Source: an uncultured Chloroflexia bacterium (lineage in GTDB: Bacteria; Chloroflexota; Anaerolineae; B4-G1; SLSP01). From it: a stretch of 64,000 bases of DNA. This document shows, one piece after another, positions 1 to 10,964 of this stretch. Both the position numbers and the translations under genes were made by a program. The stretch covers positions 416,001 to 480,000 of the forward strand of contig CAVVUS010000011.1 of the NCBI GenBank assembly GCA_963751345.1. The letters are read 5' to 3'. The notes beneath the pieces are model-generated. The model saw only the letters and a list, made by a program, of their open reading frames with translations. It made no database searches and had not been told where the DNA came from. Numbering within the stretch: position 1 is the stretch's first letter; each line of letters starts with the position of its first letter.

Positions 1-1326
1 GAGGTCAGCCAGGCGATCACGTCCATTCGCGACCCGGAGCTGCTGCTGATGCAGGTGACCGACCTGATACGGAACCACTTCGTCTATGGGGCCGTGGCTG
101 TCTACCTTGTCCCACCCGGAGGCGGAGAGGCGCGACTGCAGGCGCATGCGCCTCAGACGGCGGCGCCTCAGACAGCGACGCCTCAGACAGGGGCGCTCGA
201 GACGGCCTCCCTCCCCCCGCGCGGGAGCGTTGGGGAGGGGGCGTGGCCGGCGACGGTTCACATCGGCGACAGCTCGGTGGTCGCGGCGACCCTGCGGGCA
301 GGGACGGCCACCGTCCACAACGAGCCGGCACTCGGCGAACACGACTGGTATGCCCGGATGCTCAGCAGGGCGGCCGTCCCGCTAAAGATGGAGGACCGCG
401 TCGTCGGCGCTATCGCGGTCACGGCGACGGTTCACGAAGGCATCGAGCAGGACGAGCTGGAGGTACTGGAGGTGCTGGCGAATCAGGTGACCATTGCGCT
501 GGAGAACGCCCGGACGTATGAGCGCGAGCGTCAGGCGATAGCGCAGCTTGAGGAGGCCGAGGCTTTCAAGGCCCGCTTCCTGGCGAATATGTCGCATGAG
601 CTGATGGAACCTCTGAACACGATCCTCGGGTTCTCCCGCTTGCTCATCAAAGGCGTGGAGGGTCCGCTGAATCAACGTCAGCAGGAGGACCTGGAGCAGA
701 TCCACGGTGACAGCCAGCACTTGCTGGATTCCATCAGGGATATACTATCTATCTCACAGATAGAAGCCGGCCTGCTGGAACTGCGGCTGCAGCCCGTCGA
801 TCTCCGGGAGCTGGTCGCCGGCGTTGTGCCGACGGCAAGCGCGCTGGTTCGGGGGCGAGCGATCGAGCTCAAGTACGATGTACCTGCGGATCTGCCGCGG
901 CTTCGCGCGGATCCTTCTCGTCTGCGGCAGGTGCTGGTTCATCTGCTCAACAACTCGGCCAAGTTCACGGAATCGGGCGAAATCAGACTTCGGGCATGGT
1001 CCGCTGGAGGGACTGGGCGACTTCAGCCGGACGTGGACGGCCGTTGCGTGATCTTTGTCAGCGTGAGCGATACGGGTATCGGCATTCCTGCCGAGGATCG
1101 GGAGCGCATCTTTTCGCAGTTTGAGAAGGGGGGCAAGCGTGCCCGGACGGCGGCCGGCAGCGGGGCGGGCCTGGGCCTTGCGCTCTGCCGCGAGTTTGTG
1201 GCGCTCCACGGCGGTCGAATGTGGGTGGATAGCGAGGTAGGGGTGGGGAGCGTCTTCACGTTCTCCGTACCGGCATACTGCGACGCGGAAGAGGGAAGTG
1301 CCGCTCCCGGTGCAGGCGTGGCCTGA
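1..1326 (+). CDS. GAF-domain sensor histidine kinase (GAF-HisKA-HATPase), 5'-truncated by the window edge
   Basis: Frame is open from base 1 (EVSQAITSIRDPELL...). GAF end LANQVTIALENAR; H-box FLANMSHELMEPLN; N-box QVLVHLLNNSAKFT; G1 DTGIGI; G2 GAGLGL; SEVGVGSVFTF. Confidence 0.92.
   Translation, partial: EVSQAITSIRDPELLLMQVTDLIRNHFVYGAVAVYLVPPGGGEARLQAHAPQTAAPQTATPQTGALETASLPPRGSVGEGAWPATVHIGDSSVVAATLRAGTATVHNEPALGEHDWYARMLSRAAVPLKMEDRVVGAIAVTATVHEGIEQDELEVLEVLANQVTIALENARTYERERQAIAQLEEAEAFKARFLANMSHELMEPLNTILGFSRLLIKGVEGPLNQRQQEDLEQIHGDSQHLLDSIRDILSISQIEAGLLELRLQPVDLRELVAGVVPTASALVRGRAIELKYDVPADLPRLRADPSRLRQVLVHLLNNSAKFTESGEIRLRAWSAGGTGRLQPDVDGRCVIFVSVSDTGIGIPAEDRERIFSQFEKGGKRARTAAGSGAGLGLALCREFVALHGGRMWVDSEVGVGSVFTFSVPAYCDAEEGSAAPGAGVA
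148..207 (+). repeat. 15-nt tandem minisatellite x4 (GCGCCTCAGACGGCG; peptide APQTA) inside a GAF loop
   Basis: Units at 148, 163, 178 and 193, read directly. Confidence 0.85.
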
Positions 1327-1376
1327 GGGGCGACGTGTGGGGTCCGTTCGTAGGTTTCCGGAGAGGCTAAGCATAG

Positions 1377-3375
1377 ATGGCCAAGCGGAGTAACAGGGAT
1401 CGGGAACTGAGGGCATCGTCGCCGGGCCGCGCGTCGCGCAGCCTGCTGCCTGCGATGCTACGTTTGAGTCGAGTCGCAACGCTACTCGCGTTCGTCGTGA
1501 TCTGCGCGTCGATCCTGATGTTCTATCGCGACATGTTGGCCTGGGCCATCCCTCTTGGCGTCATCGGTTTGGTGCTCGCAATCATCGGGGGAACGCTGAC
1601 GCAGAGCCTCCTCATCCCGAAGCTCGCGGCACAGTTGTTCTCAGCACAGAGCAGCTTCCGCTCCGCGCTTGATGATCGCGCGGCGCTGGCGAGTCAGGTC
1701 GCCGGGCTACGGGACGATCGGGATGAGCTGAAGCAGCGTCTCCTGGCGCTGGAGGATGTGCCTGCGCCTCAGACGGCATCCGCGCCTCAGACGGCATCCG
1801 CGCTTCAGACGGAGGCCGCGCCGCAGACGGCGTCCGCGTCGCAGACGGCGTCCGCGTCACGCGATGCCGGATGCCTCCGGGCAGGGGAAACGCGCCGGGG
1901 CTGCGCCGCACGGGACAGCTGCCGCCCCCGATGGGGCGGATGAGATACTGCGATGGGCCGGCAGATTGGCCACCTCAAGAAGCATCTCGGCTCTCTATGG
2001 GGTTGTCAACGAAGCTATGCAGGGCAGCCGGCCGGCGCGCGTGCTCATCGTCTCGGGGAGCGCCAACAGCCAGGGCGGTCAGGCGATCGACGCCGGTATG
2101 GCCGTCGTGAGCGATGTGCAGGACGGTGGTCAGGTCGCGCCCTCGGCTGGCTCGCATCGTGATGATCTATCCTTGATGGCCGTGCATCCGCCCCAACTGG
2201 CTGACCTGATCCTGCTCGGATCGGGACTCTCCCAACCATTGTGGGTCGAGGATCTGTCCTGCGTCGATCCCGTATTGAGCCCCGAACTCGGCGAAGCGCT
2301 CGTCGGCTTGCGGGAGACCACCCTCTTTGGGGCGTTGGCGCTGATTCCGATGCGTGTCGACCTGCAGCGAGAATCTGGAAGCCCGGGGGACCCTTCACTG
2401 AAAGGGGGCGCTTTGCCCCTGGCGCGGGGGGCGGTTATTGCTCTGTTCGGGGCTGCCCACACGTTCGGGCCGGATGAACGTCGGCTCCACGAGTTGATCG
2501 GCGGTGTGTTCGGCGTCACGTTGGAGCGGATGCGCTCGCTGAGCGACACCCGTGCCGGCCTGATACGGCAGAACGATCTGTCGACGATGGGGCGCAAGAT
2601 CCGCCGTGCCACCGGCGCGGATGCCATCCTGCGGATTTCGGTGCAGGAGCTGAGCCTGGCATTGGGGGCATCCCGCGCGGAGATCCGTCTTGACCCGCAG
2701 GCAACTCGCGACGTGATGGGGTACCTTCCTGCAGACGGCTCTGGTGGCCTTCACGTCGTCGTCGCGTCCGGTGCTGGGGTCCCATCTTGTGCTTGGGTCA
2801 CGGACCTGGGCGATGGATGTTGCGAGCTGTGTGCTCCCATCGTGGTGGCGGACCGAACTCTCGGGTCGATCGTCTTTGAGCAAGATCCCGGTGATGAACC
2901 CTGGGGCACGGCGGATGCTGCTCTGGTCGATCACGCGTGCGAAGAGATCGGTCAGGCACTGGGATATGTCCGGCACCTGGAGGAGATGCAGAGCCGTACC
3001 AACTACGAGCACTTGGGCAGGGAGATCGGCGAGCGTCTGCGCGCCGGTGACGGGGCCTCGCTGCGTCTTGGTGGCGACGGTCGCGGTCCGGACGGGGCAT
3101 CCCCCCGACTCTACCGTGACGGGAACACAGCCGCGATGGACGTCGATCGCATTCTGCGGGCCACGCTGGGTGAGTTGGCCTCCGCACTTGGGGCCACCGG
3201 GACGATCACGCTTCATGCACCTGACGGCTGGGTGACGAGCGCCGCAGGGACGGGCGACGAGCCCCGTGTGGGTGAAGCCACCCCGGGCGCGCAGGCCGGC
3301 GGTAGTGACGCAGACGGGGCACAGCCTCCTAGCTTCGACGACGATGGTAGCGGTCCGGATGGAGGCGTGTCGTGA
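1377..3375 (+). CDS. Membrane (2 TM) multi-GAF protein with C-terminal half-GAF; frameshift near 1860
   Basis: ORFs 1377-1943 (two TM helices, coiled coil) and 1756-3375 (two GAF-like units, tail MDVDRILRATLGELASALGATGTITL). GGAGAGG upstream of 1377. Confidence 0.7.
1764..1858 (+). repeat. 18-nt tandem minisatellite x5 (GCGCCTCAGACGGCATCC; APQTAS)
   Basis: Units at 1764, 1782, 1800, 1818 and 1836. Confidence 0.9.
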
Positions 3376-4626
3376 TAGGGTCGCAGCCTCTGGCCATACT
3401 CGCTGTCACCGTCGGGGGTCTATGCCTCGTCCTGGCAATCATCATCTGGCGCCGGCAGGACCGCGCGAGGCACGCAGCTTACGAGGCGGCGTTGCGTCAG
3501 TCAGCCACGGCACTGCGGGATGTCGAGGCGTCAATCGATGCCCAAGTGCAGGCCAGGACCAGGGACCTCCGCCGGCGCTCCGATCTCTTCCGGGGCGCGG
3601 CTGCTGTGGCCAGGGATCTCACCGGGATGCACGACGAAGACGAGTTGATCCATTCTGTCGCCGAGATGATTTGCCGGCGCTTCGATATCGACCGGGCAGC
3701 AGTCTTTCTGACTCCCGGTGGGGTTGGGTGGTCTGCGGAGACGGTGCTCGTGCTAAAGGCCGTGTTCCCTCTGCAGGGACAGGCCTTGCAGGTTGGCGAC
3801 CTGGACCTGGGTGCTGGCCCGGAGAGCGCCGTCTGGGGGGCCTATCGGGAGGGTGAGCCACGGATCAACCACGGTATGGGATCCGAGATCGCGCTGCCAC
3901 TCAGGCTCCAGGACCATGGAGATGCGACAAGCGAGGCCGGGCATTCGCCCCGCTTCCCCAACAGGGGGGCGCGTCATCGGGGTTTTGGACATCCAGTCCG
4001 CGGAGCCCGGGGCGTTTAGCCGTGAAGACCTCGACGTGTTCGGCATCGTGGCCGATCAGCTCGCCTTGGCGATCGAGAACGCGAGTGCGCTCAATGCGTG
4101 CCGCCAGGCCGTCCAGCGGCTCGATATGGCCTACGATACACGGCTGGCGGCCATGTGGCGCGAATCGATAGTGCCCTGGCAGTATCGATTCGACGGTGTA
4201 GAGGTCCACCGTGTTGGTGTCGGCGAGGCCTACGGGGAGCGGGTGGAGCCTCGACCGACCCGCCCGCCGCAGCCCGCCGAGGGAGATTTGGTGGTGCCGC
4301 TATCGCTTCGGGGCCAGGTGATCGGCACGATCGCCCTGAGGCGGAACGGGGAGGCACCTGGATGGTCGCCGCAGGAGCGCGCGCTCGCAGCCTCTGTGGG
4401 CGCGCAGGCCGGGCAGGCCCTGGAGAGTGCACTGCTGCTCAGGGAGAGCCAGATGGCCTTGCTGAGCGAGCAAGCCGCTGAGCGTATCGCTTCCGGGATG
4501 CAGCGGACGCCGGATGTGGACGCGGTCATCCAGACGGCTATGCGAGACCTGCAGGCTCTGTTTGACCTAGAAGCGGTTGAGGTGCGTGTCGATCCGGCCT
4601 CGTCGGCCAAGGGGGAGGCGGGATGA
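3372..4626 (+). CDS. Single-TM GAF protein with degenerate GAF and half-GAF tail; frameshift near 3965
   Basis: ORF 3372-4019 (TM, VQARTRDL, GAF start ...SEIALPL) continues in ORF 3793-4626 (VIGVLDIQS...ADQLALAIENA...PDVDAVIQTAMRDL). GTGA overlap with the upstream stop; G-run at the break. Confidence 0.78.
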
Positions 4627-6717
4627 GTCGCGAGACGACGCAGCCTAACCGTGGACCCGATCGGGCGTCGCTTCGTCTCTACAGAGGCGGGCGCGCGCCG
4701 ATAGTGGGCGGCGGGTCCCGATCCCTCGTACGTGGGTCGGTTCGCCACCGTCTTCGGACCATGTTGCTTGTCTCCGGTGCGGTGACACTTGCGGTCCTGG
4801 TGGCGTTTGCTGTATACACGCTGCTCATTGGCCGCCAGTTGCAGGTGGTTCTGGGGTTAACGAGTGTCTCCGATAGCGTAGCGGAGGCCTCAGAGCAGCT
4901 GGCATCGTCTCGCGCCGGTCTGCTTAGCTACGCCGGAGGCGTGGCCCCCACGCCGGATGAGGCTGTGGCGAGCCTGGATCGCGCCTCAAACCTCCTGGCA
5001 GAGTCTCGCGCCAACGCCGGTCAGGAGTTGGGTGCACAGATCGAGACCCTGCAGCAGGCTCTCGTGGATCATCGAGTTGAGCTGGCAGCGATAGTAGAAG
5101 CATCGCCCCTCAAAAACCCTGTCCCTGAGGGCGAGGGAGTTCTGGCGGCATCGCCCTTGGTGGACGAGGCGGTTGCGTCGAGCCTGGATCTCAACAACCG
5201 GATCGGGCGCGTGGCCGAGGATGTCCGGCAGGCATCGAATGTTGCCCACGCGATGCTGAGACAGCGAGTCTATCTGTTGGCGATGGTGATTCTGAGTCTG
5301 GCCTTTGTCGGCCTCGTCGGCGTCTCGCTCGTCTTCGCCAACACGACAGGGAGTATTGCCCGCGGGATCGAGGCCCTGCACGCCGGTGCCCAGCAAGTGG
5401 CACGCGGCCGGCAGGGCGTCACAATCCCCGTCGAGGGTGATGGTGAACTGGGCGCCGTGGCTGTGATGCTCAACAGGATGTCTTCGAGATTGGCCGTTCT
5501 GGGCAGTCCGGCATCCACGTCGGTGCCGTCCGTGGAGGCGAGGTTGCTTCCCAGCGTCACACGGGGTGCGCAAGCCAGGTCTATGGTGATGCAAGGCGTC
5601 ATTCGGGTCGGTCGCGCAATTGCCGGTCCCCTGGATCTGGCGACAGTCGAACACAGAGCGGCTGCGGAGATCCGCGACACGTTTCTCCTCGACTGGGCCG
5701 GGATCTACCTTGTGGCAGAGAACGGGCGGACGATCGAGTTGCGAGCGAGTGCGGGCGATGTGGGGGGCAATGCTGATCCACAGGAACGACGTCTGGCGAT
5801 CGGCCAGGGCCTGGTGGGAGGCTCTATCGCAGAGGACAAGCTTCGCGGGAGCGCGCTGGAGATGGCAGCCGCCACCGGTGCGGAGGAGTCGGAGCCCGCG
5901 TCGAGAGCCGAGCGGATCACGCGGGTAGCGATTCCCTTACGTGCAGGCGGGCGTGTCATAGGGGCATTGAGTCTGGTCCTCGATCAGGGGGGATCCCGTT
6001 CGACCTCCACTGCGGGCGGTCTCTCTCTCCCGGCGACCCTAGATGTGCTCGTCGCTGAGGCGCCCGATTTGCTCCAGGCGATGGCGGATCTGGTTGCCGG
6101 TGCCATTGAGAGCGCCCGGCGCTATGGGGCGTCGCCGTCGGCCTTGGCCCCTGGGGGCGAGACGTACCGCAGCTTCACCCGGGATGGATGGCGGCGCGTG
6201 TTCGGTGATCGGGCAGCCGAATACCAACTGACCGGGGCCGGCGCTGTGTCGCGCTCGGAAGGCCCATCGCAGCCCGAGCTGGAGCCTGCGAGGGTGTCGG
6301 GCGAGGTCGTGCGGGAAGGACGGACCGTAACCCTTCCCCTCTCGGTTCGGGGCGAGGCCATCGGGGCCGTGCGCCTGCGGAAGGAAGCCTCGAAGACATC
6401 GCCCGGCGAGATCGATCTGGACAGACCACGAGGTCGAGCTCGCGAGGACGATTGTGGCTCGGCTTGGCGTCGCCCTCGACAGCGCGCGGCTCTATCAGGA
6501 CGCGCAGTTGAGTCTGGCGCGGGAGCGTGCGGCGCGTGAGGTCGCGGATCATATGAGGAATACGCTCGACTGGGACGAGCTGATGCAGACAGCGGTTCGC
6601 GAGATCGGTCGTACGGTTCAGGCGTCGCGAGTTTTCGTGCAGTGGGTGCCGCCCGAGGCGGAGTCTGAACACTCCCCCAGTCCGACGACGACCTCCGCGC
6701 CGCAGTACGGCGTCTGA
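4623..6717 (+). CDS. 2TM-HAMP-GAF protein with half-GAF tail; frameshift near 6420-6450
   Basis: ORF 4623-6539 (two TMs, HAMP-like GDGELGAVAVMLNRM, GAF) plus ORF 6454-6717 (LGVALDSARL...LDWDELMQTAVREIGRTVQASRVFV). ATGA overlap. Confidence 0.78.
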
Positions 6718-6758
6718 GCCGCGTACGGCGTCCGAGCCGCGTACGGCGTCCGAGCCGC
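6705..6758. repeat. 18-nt tandem repeat x3 (GTACGGCGTC[T/C]GAGCCGC) spanning a stop codon and intergenic DNA
   Basis: Units at 6705, 6723 and 6741. The reverse complement contains GCGGCTCAGACG, close to the APQT core. Confidence 0.85.
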
Positions 6759-6783
6759 AGCCGCCTGGGATTGAGAGGGAGGT

Positions 6784-9211
6784 ATGAGCCCCGCGTCCGT
6801 TCTGGCTATAGCGCTGCGCGTGCTTGCGGCCGGGGCGGCGGCGGTCGTGATCTGGCTGCTCGTCCGAGCGGCGACCGTTCGTTGGCGCGTAGCGGGAATC
6901 CGGACCCGACTGGCGGTGATCTCGATCGCGTTGGTTCTGGCCGTCGCGGTGGCCGTAGGTGGTACCTCAGTCTTCGTCGGCGTTCGCGCCTCTCGACAGC
7001 GAGCTTTCGACCAGCTCGAGACAGCGGTGGTCCTGAAGCAGCAGGCGGTCGATAGCTGGGTCCATCAACTCTCGTTTGCCCTGGATTCCCTGGTCGTCGA
7101 GGACTATGAGGTCCAGCGAGCGCAGTCGGTACTCCTCGGGAATCTGCCTGAGGATTTCCGCGCGACCGCCCGCCAAGAGCTCAGGACGCGATTCCTCAGT
7201 GTCATCCACCGCACCCAGTGGTTCGACGAAATCTCTCTCGTCACCACCGACGGTGTGGTCGCGCTGTCCACGGATGCCGATCAACAGGGCCGGAATGTAA
7301 CGGGCGCACCGTATTTTGCCGAAGCGTTAACAGGCCCCTACATCACGCCCCCCTATTACGACCCGGTCGCCGGTGGGGCTACGGTCGTCTTCGCGCGACC
7401 ACTCCAACTCGGCAACTACGTCTATGGTATCCTCGCGGCACGTTCGAGTATGGATGGGTTGACGAGAATCACCGGTGGGATGGCTGGCACGGCGCCGGCG
7501 GCCCAGCTGGGGACGGAGGCCTCAGCCGGTAGTGCGACGTATCTTGTCGGGCGTGACTACATCCTGCTGACGGCGCCTGTGCTGGCGGGTGGGTACCTTC
7601 CGGTTCACAGCCCGGCTGTCGATGCGGCTGTAGGCAGTCACGTGACGCTGGGCCGCGGGACGTATACGAACCATCGGGGCATATCGGTCCTGGGTGTCTA
7701 CACCTGGGTACCCAGCCTTGGAGTTGGCCTTGTCGAGGAGCTGACGACCGCCGAGGTGTTGGCCGGTGCGCGGCAGACCTCATACGCCACCGTTGGTATA
7801 GCCGGGCTCGCCGCCTTGGCTGCTGTGCTGGCAACGCTCGTCTTCTCGCGCGGTATCACCAACCCACTGACGGATCTTGCCAGGACTGCCACCCGCATTG
7901 CGGAGGGCGATCTACAGCTTCAGGCCCCTATTGAACGCGAGGATGAGGTGGGTGCTGTGGCCGGGGCTTTCAACGCGATGACGGCGCAACTGCGTGATCT
8001 GATTAGCGATCTCGAACGCCGAGTAGAGGCGCGAACCCGCGGCCTGCAGGCCGTGGCCGAAGTCTCCCGGACGACGACGTCGGTGCTGGATCCGGAATTG
8101 CTCTTGCCCCAGGTGGTCAATCTGGTTCAGCAGCGGTTTGGACTCTACTACGTCGGGTTGTTCCTGTGGGCGCCCGCGCCGTCCGAGGCGCTTTCGCCGT
8201 CTGAGGCGCTTTCGCCGTCCCCTGCCCAATCGTACGCTGTCCTGCGTGCCGGAACGGGAGAGGCGGGCGCCACAATGCTGGCGCAGGGCTGGCGTCTGGC
8301 GGTCGGCGGCGAGTCGATGATCGGGCAGTGCCTTGCTACAGGCGAGCCATTCGTCCTACAGCGGCAGGAGGATAACGTCGTGCGCCTGGCGAATCCACTG
8401 CTCCCTGAGACGCGATCTGAGCTCGCGCTGCCGCTGCGCTACGGTGAGCGCGTGATCGGCGCAATGACCGTTCAGAGTACTGAGGAGGCTGCTTTCGGTG
8501 AGTCCGACATCTCTGTGTTCCAGAACCTCGCCGACCAGGTGGCCGTGGCGGTGCAGAACGCCCAGTTGTTCGCCGAAACCCAGGCTGCGCTGGATCGCGC
8601 TCGTCGCCTCCAACGGCGGTACCAGACTCGGGCGTGGTCCGACTATCTGAGTGACCTGGACGTCACCGGTTACGAACTACGCGCCTCGGACGGCGTAGGC
8701 GCCTCGGACGGCGTGCGGACGCCTCGGACGGGGCGAAGCCGCATACCGGCGACAACGGTCACACTGGAGACGCCGGGGGGGACGACTGACCCGATTGACG
8801 CAAGGAATCCTTCCGGAGGTCCGCGAGGGCTTGGCCCTGGATCACCCGGTTGCCCAGGGCTCCCAGTTACGTATACCCCTTCGGCAGGGCGGGCAGGTCG
8901 TGGGGTTGATGGGCATTGAGCGGGCGTCGGGATGGCAGGAGGACGAGATCGAGCTGGTCCAAGGCCTGGTTGAGCAGCTCACTTTGGCCGCCGAGAATCA
9001 GCGGCTGCTTGACGATGTGAGTAGTCGCGCGGCGATGGAGAGAACCATCAGTGAGATCACATCTCGGGTCCGCGCCGAAATCGAGATAGAGTCGGTGCTG
9101 GAGCGGGCGCTGGCCGAATTGGCGAGGGCGTTGGATGCCGAGCACGGCGTGGCATTGCTGGAGCTCAACGGGTCGCCGGCCGACGGTTCGGATGGGGAGG
9201 ACAGCGCATGA
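6784..9211 (+). CDS. dCache-like/HAMP/GAF membrane sensor with half-GAF tail; frameshift near 8720-8790
   Basis: ORF 6784-8919: TMs, Cache-like PYFAEALTGPYITPPY, HAMP EDEVGAVAGAFNAMT, GAF LPETRSELALPL. ORF 8795-9211 carries the tail IESVLERALAELARAL. GGAGG RBS. Confidence 0.82.
8177..8220 (-). repeat. 18-nt tandem repeat x2.5, reverse-complement copy of the GCGCCTCAGACGG core (reads PSEALS in the gene)
   Basis: CGCCGTC[C/T]GAGGCGCTTT at 8177, 8195 and 8213 (partial). Confidence 0.85.
8681..8735 (+). repeat. Roughly 18-nt tandem repeat x3 (GCGCCTCGGACGGCGT), read in a different frame (ASDGV)
   Basis: Units at 8681, 8699 and 8719. Confidence 0.8.
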
Positions 9212-10960
9212 CCGGGCGGATGGCACGCAGTCAGGTGTCTGAGCGCTTGCGACGGCTGTTCGCGGTCGATGTCTCCGGGAATGGGGCTGAGGGCGCCACG
9301 ACTGAGCGATGCCAGACTTGGAGCCCTCGTGACCACCCTTTCCGCGATGGGTTTCCTGATCGCCGGGGCACTGCTGATCATCGTGGAGGTCGGCCGGCGT
9401 CGGGGCTACTTCGGGTCGGGACGCCAGGTGCTCGTCACGTCCCTCTTTCCCCTGGCCTTTCTGCCGCTCTCGGTCTACTGCTTTGCATTGGCCAAACGGG
9501 GTCACGTGCGCGGCGCTGCGAGGGTCTACGCGTGGACGACCTTCGTCGCGATTGTGCTTGCTGCCGCGCTGTTCAACGGCTACCTGTCGGCAACGTGGAT
9601 ACTGGTGTTCTGGCCCCTGGCGCTGGCGGGCAGTCTGCTGAGCCCGATCCGCGCAGTTCAGTTTGCTGTGGCTGCATTGGCTGCCTATGGCGGGATCTAT
9701 GTGGTCGAACGGGCCGGGTGGTACCGGCCCCCCTTGCCGACCGCACCCGCCGGATTCTCCTTTTTTGCGCTGTCGTTCGGTTGGCTGATGCTCGCCATCG
9801 CCGCGGGCATGGTGAACTACCTGCACGGGCGAAGCCTGCAGGGCACGCTGACCGAGCTCCGCGAGACCTCACGCGACCTGGAGGTCGCCCGACGCGACCT
9901 GGTCGTGCGGGTGGAACAGCGCACGGCAGAACTCAGCAGGCGTGCCGAGCAGTTCAGGGCGATTGCCGAGTTATCGCAGGCGGCGGCTGCGATCCGGGAT
10001 CCGGATGAACTTCTCACGGCAGCAGCAGCATTGATCTCGCGAGAGCTGGACTTCTACCACGTAGGGATCTTCATGCTCGATGGCGGGTGGGCGGTGCTGC
10101 GCGCCGCATCGTCGGAGGGTGGCCAACGGATGCTCGCGCGAGGACACCGCCTCAGGATTGGGCAGCAAGGCATCGTCGGCTATGTTGCGGAGATGGAGAC
10201 GTCCCGCTATGCGTTCAACGTCGGAGATGACGCGGTGTGGTTCAACAATCCCGACTTGCCGAGCACCAAGTCCGAGATCGCCCTGCCGCTGATCATCGGC
10301 GCACGCATCAGGGGAGTGTTGGATATCCAGACGGAGGTGCCGGTCGCATTTGGTGACGAGGATGTCAAGGTGTTGCGCGTCCTTGCCGACGGTATCGCCA
10401 TCGCAATCCAGAACGCACGATCGTTGCAGGAGATCCAGGCTGCGATGGAGCGCTTGGAGCGCTACCAGACGACCGATGTGCTGCAGGCCTGGCGTCGCAC
10501 CCTGGCTCGCAAGGATCTGCGGGTGGGTTACGTCTACACGGATGGGGAGACGATGCGACGCCCGTCCGGCGCAGACCGGCAGCCCAATCACGCGGACGGC
10601 ATCGCGGACGTGACTCAACAGACCACCGAGGACGGTAGCTATCTCCTGCTGGCCCCGGTTCGGGCGGCTGGACGAGACGTCGGGGTGATGTCGTTCGAGC
10701 GAAGCACCCCGTGGAGCGCCGAGGCTATGCAACTGGTCCGAGCCGTCGTGGCACAGCTCGATCTGGCGCTGGAAAACGCCCGACTGTTGGAGGAGACACG
10801 CCGCAGGGCAATGCAAGAGGCAGCGCGTGGCGAGATCGTCGGACGGATCCGGGCGACCGCGAGCACGGATGCTATCCTGCGAAACGCTGCGGAAGAGCTG
10901 GGCCGTGCCCTGCAGGTCGAACGCAGTCGTATTCAGTTGGTGCCGCCCGAGGAGATGTGA
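9208..10960 (+). CDS. Multi-TM (5-6 TM) GAF sensor with half-GAF tail; probable frameshift near 9275
   Basis: ORF 9269-10960: hydrophobic N-terminus, VEQRTAEL, GAF RAASSEGGQRMLARGHRL...NPDLPSTKSEIALPL, tail STDAILRNAAEELGRALQVERSRIQL. ATGA overlap at 9208. Confidence 0.85.
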
Positions 10961-10964
10961 GGTC

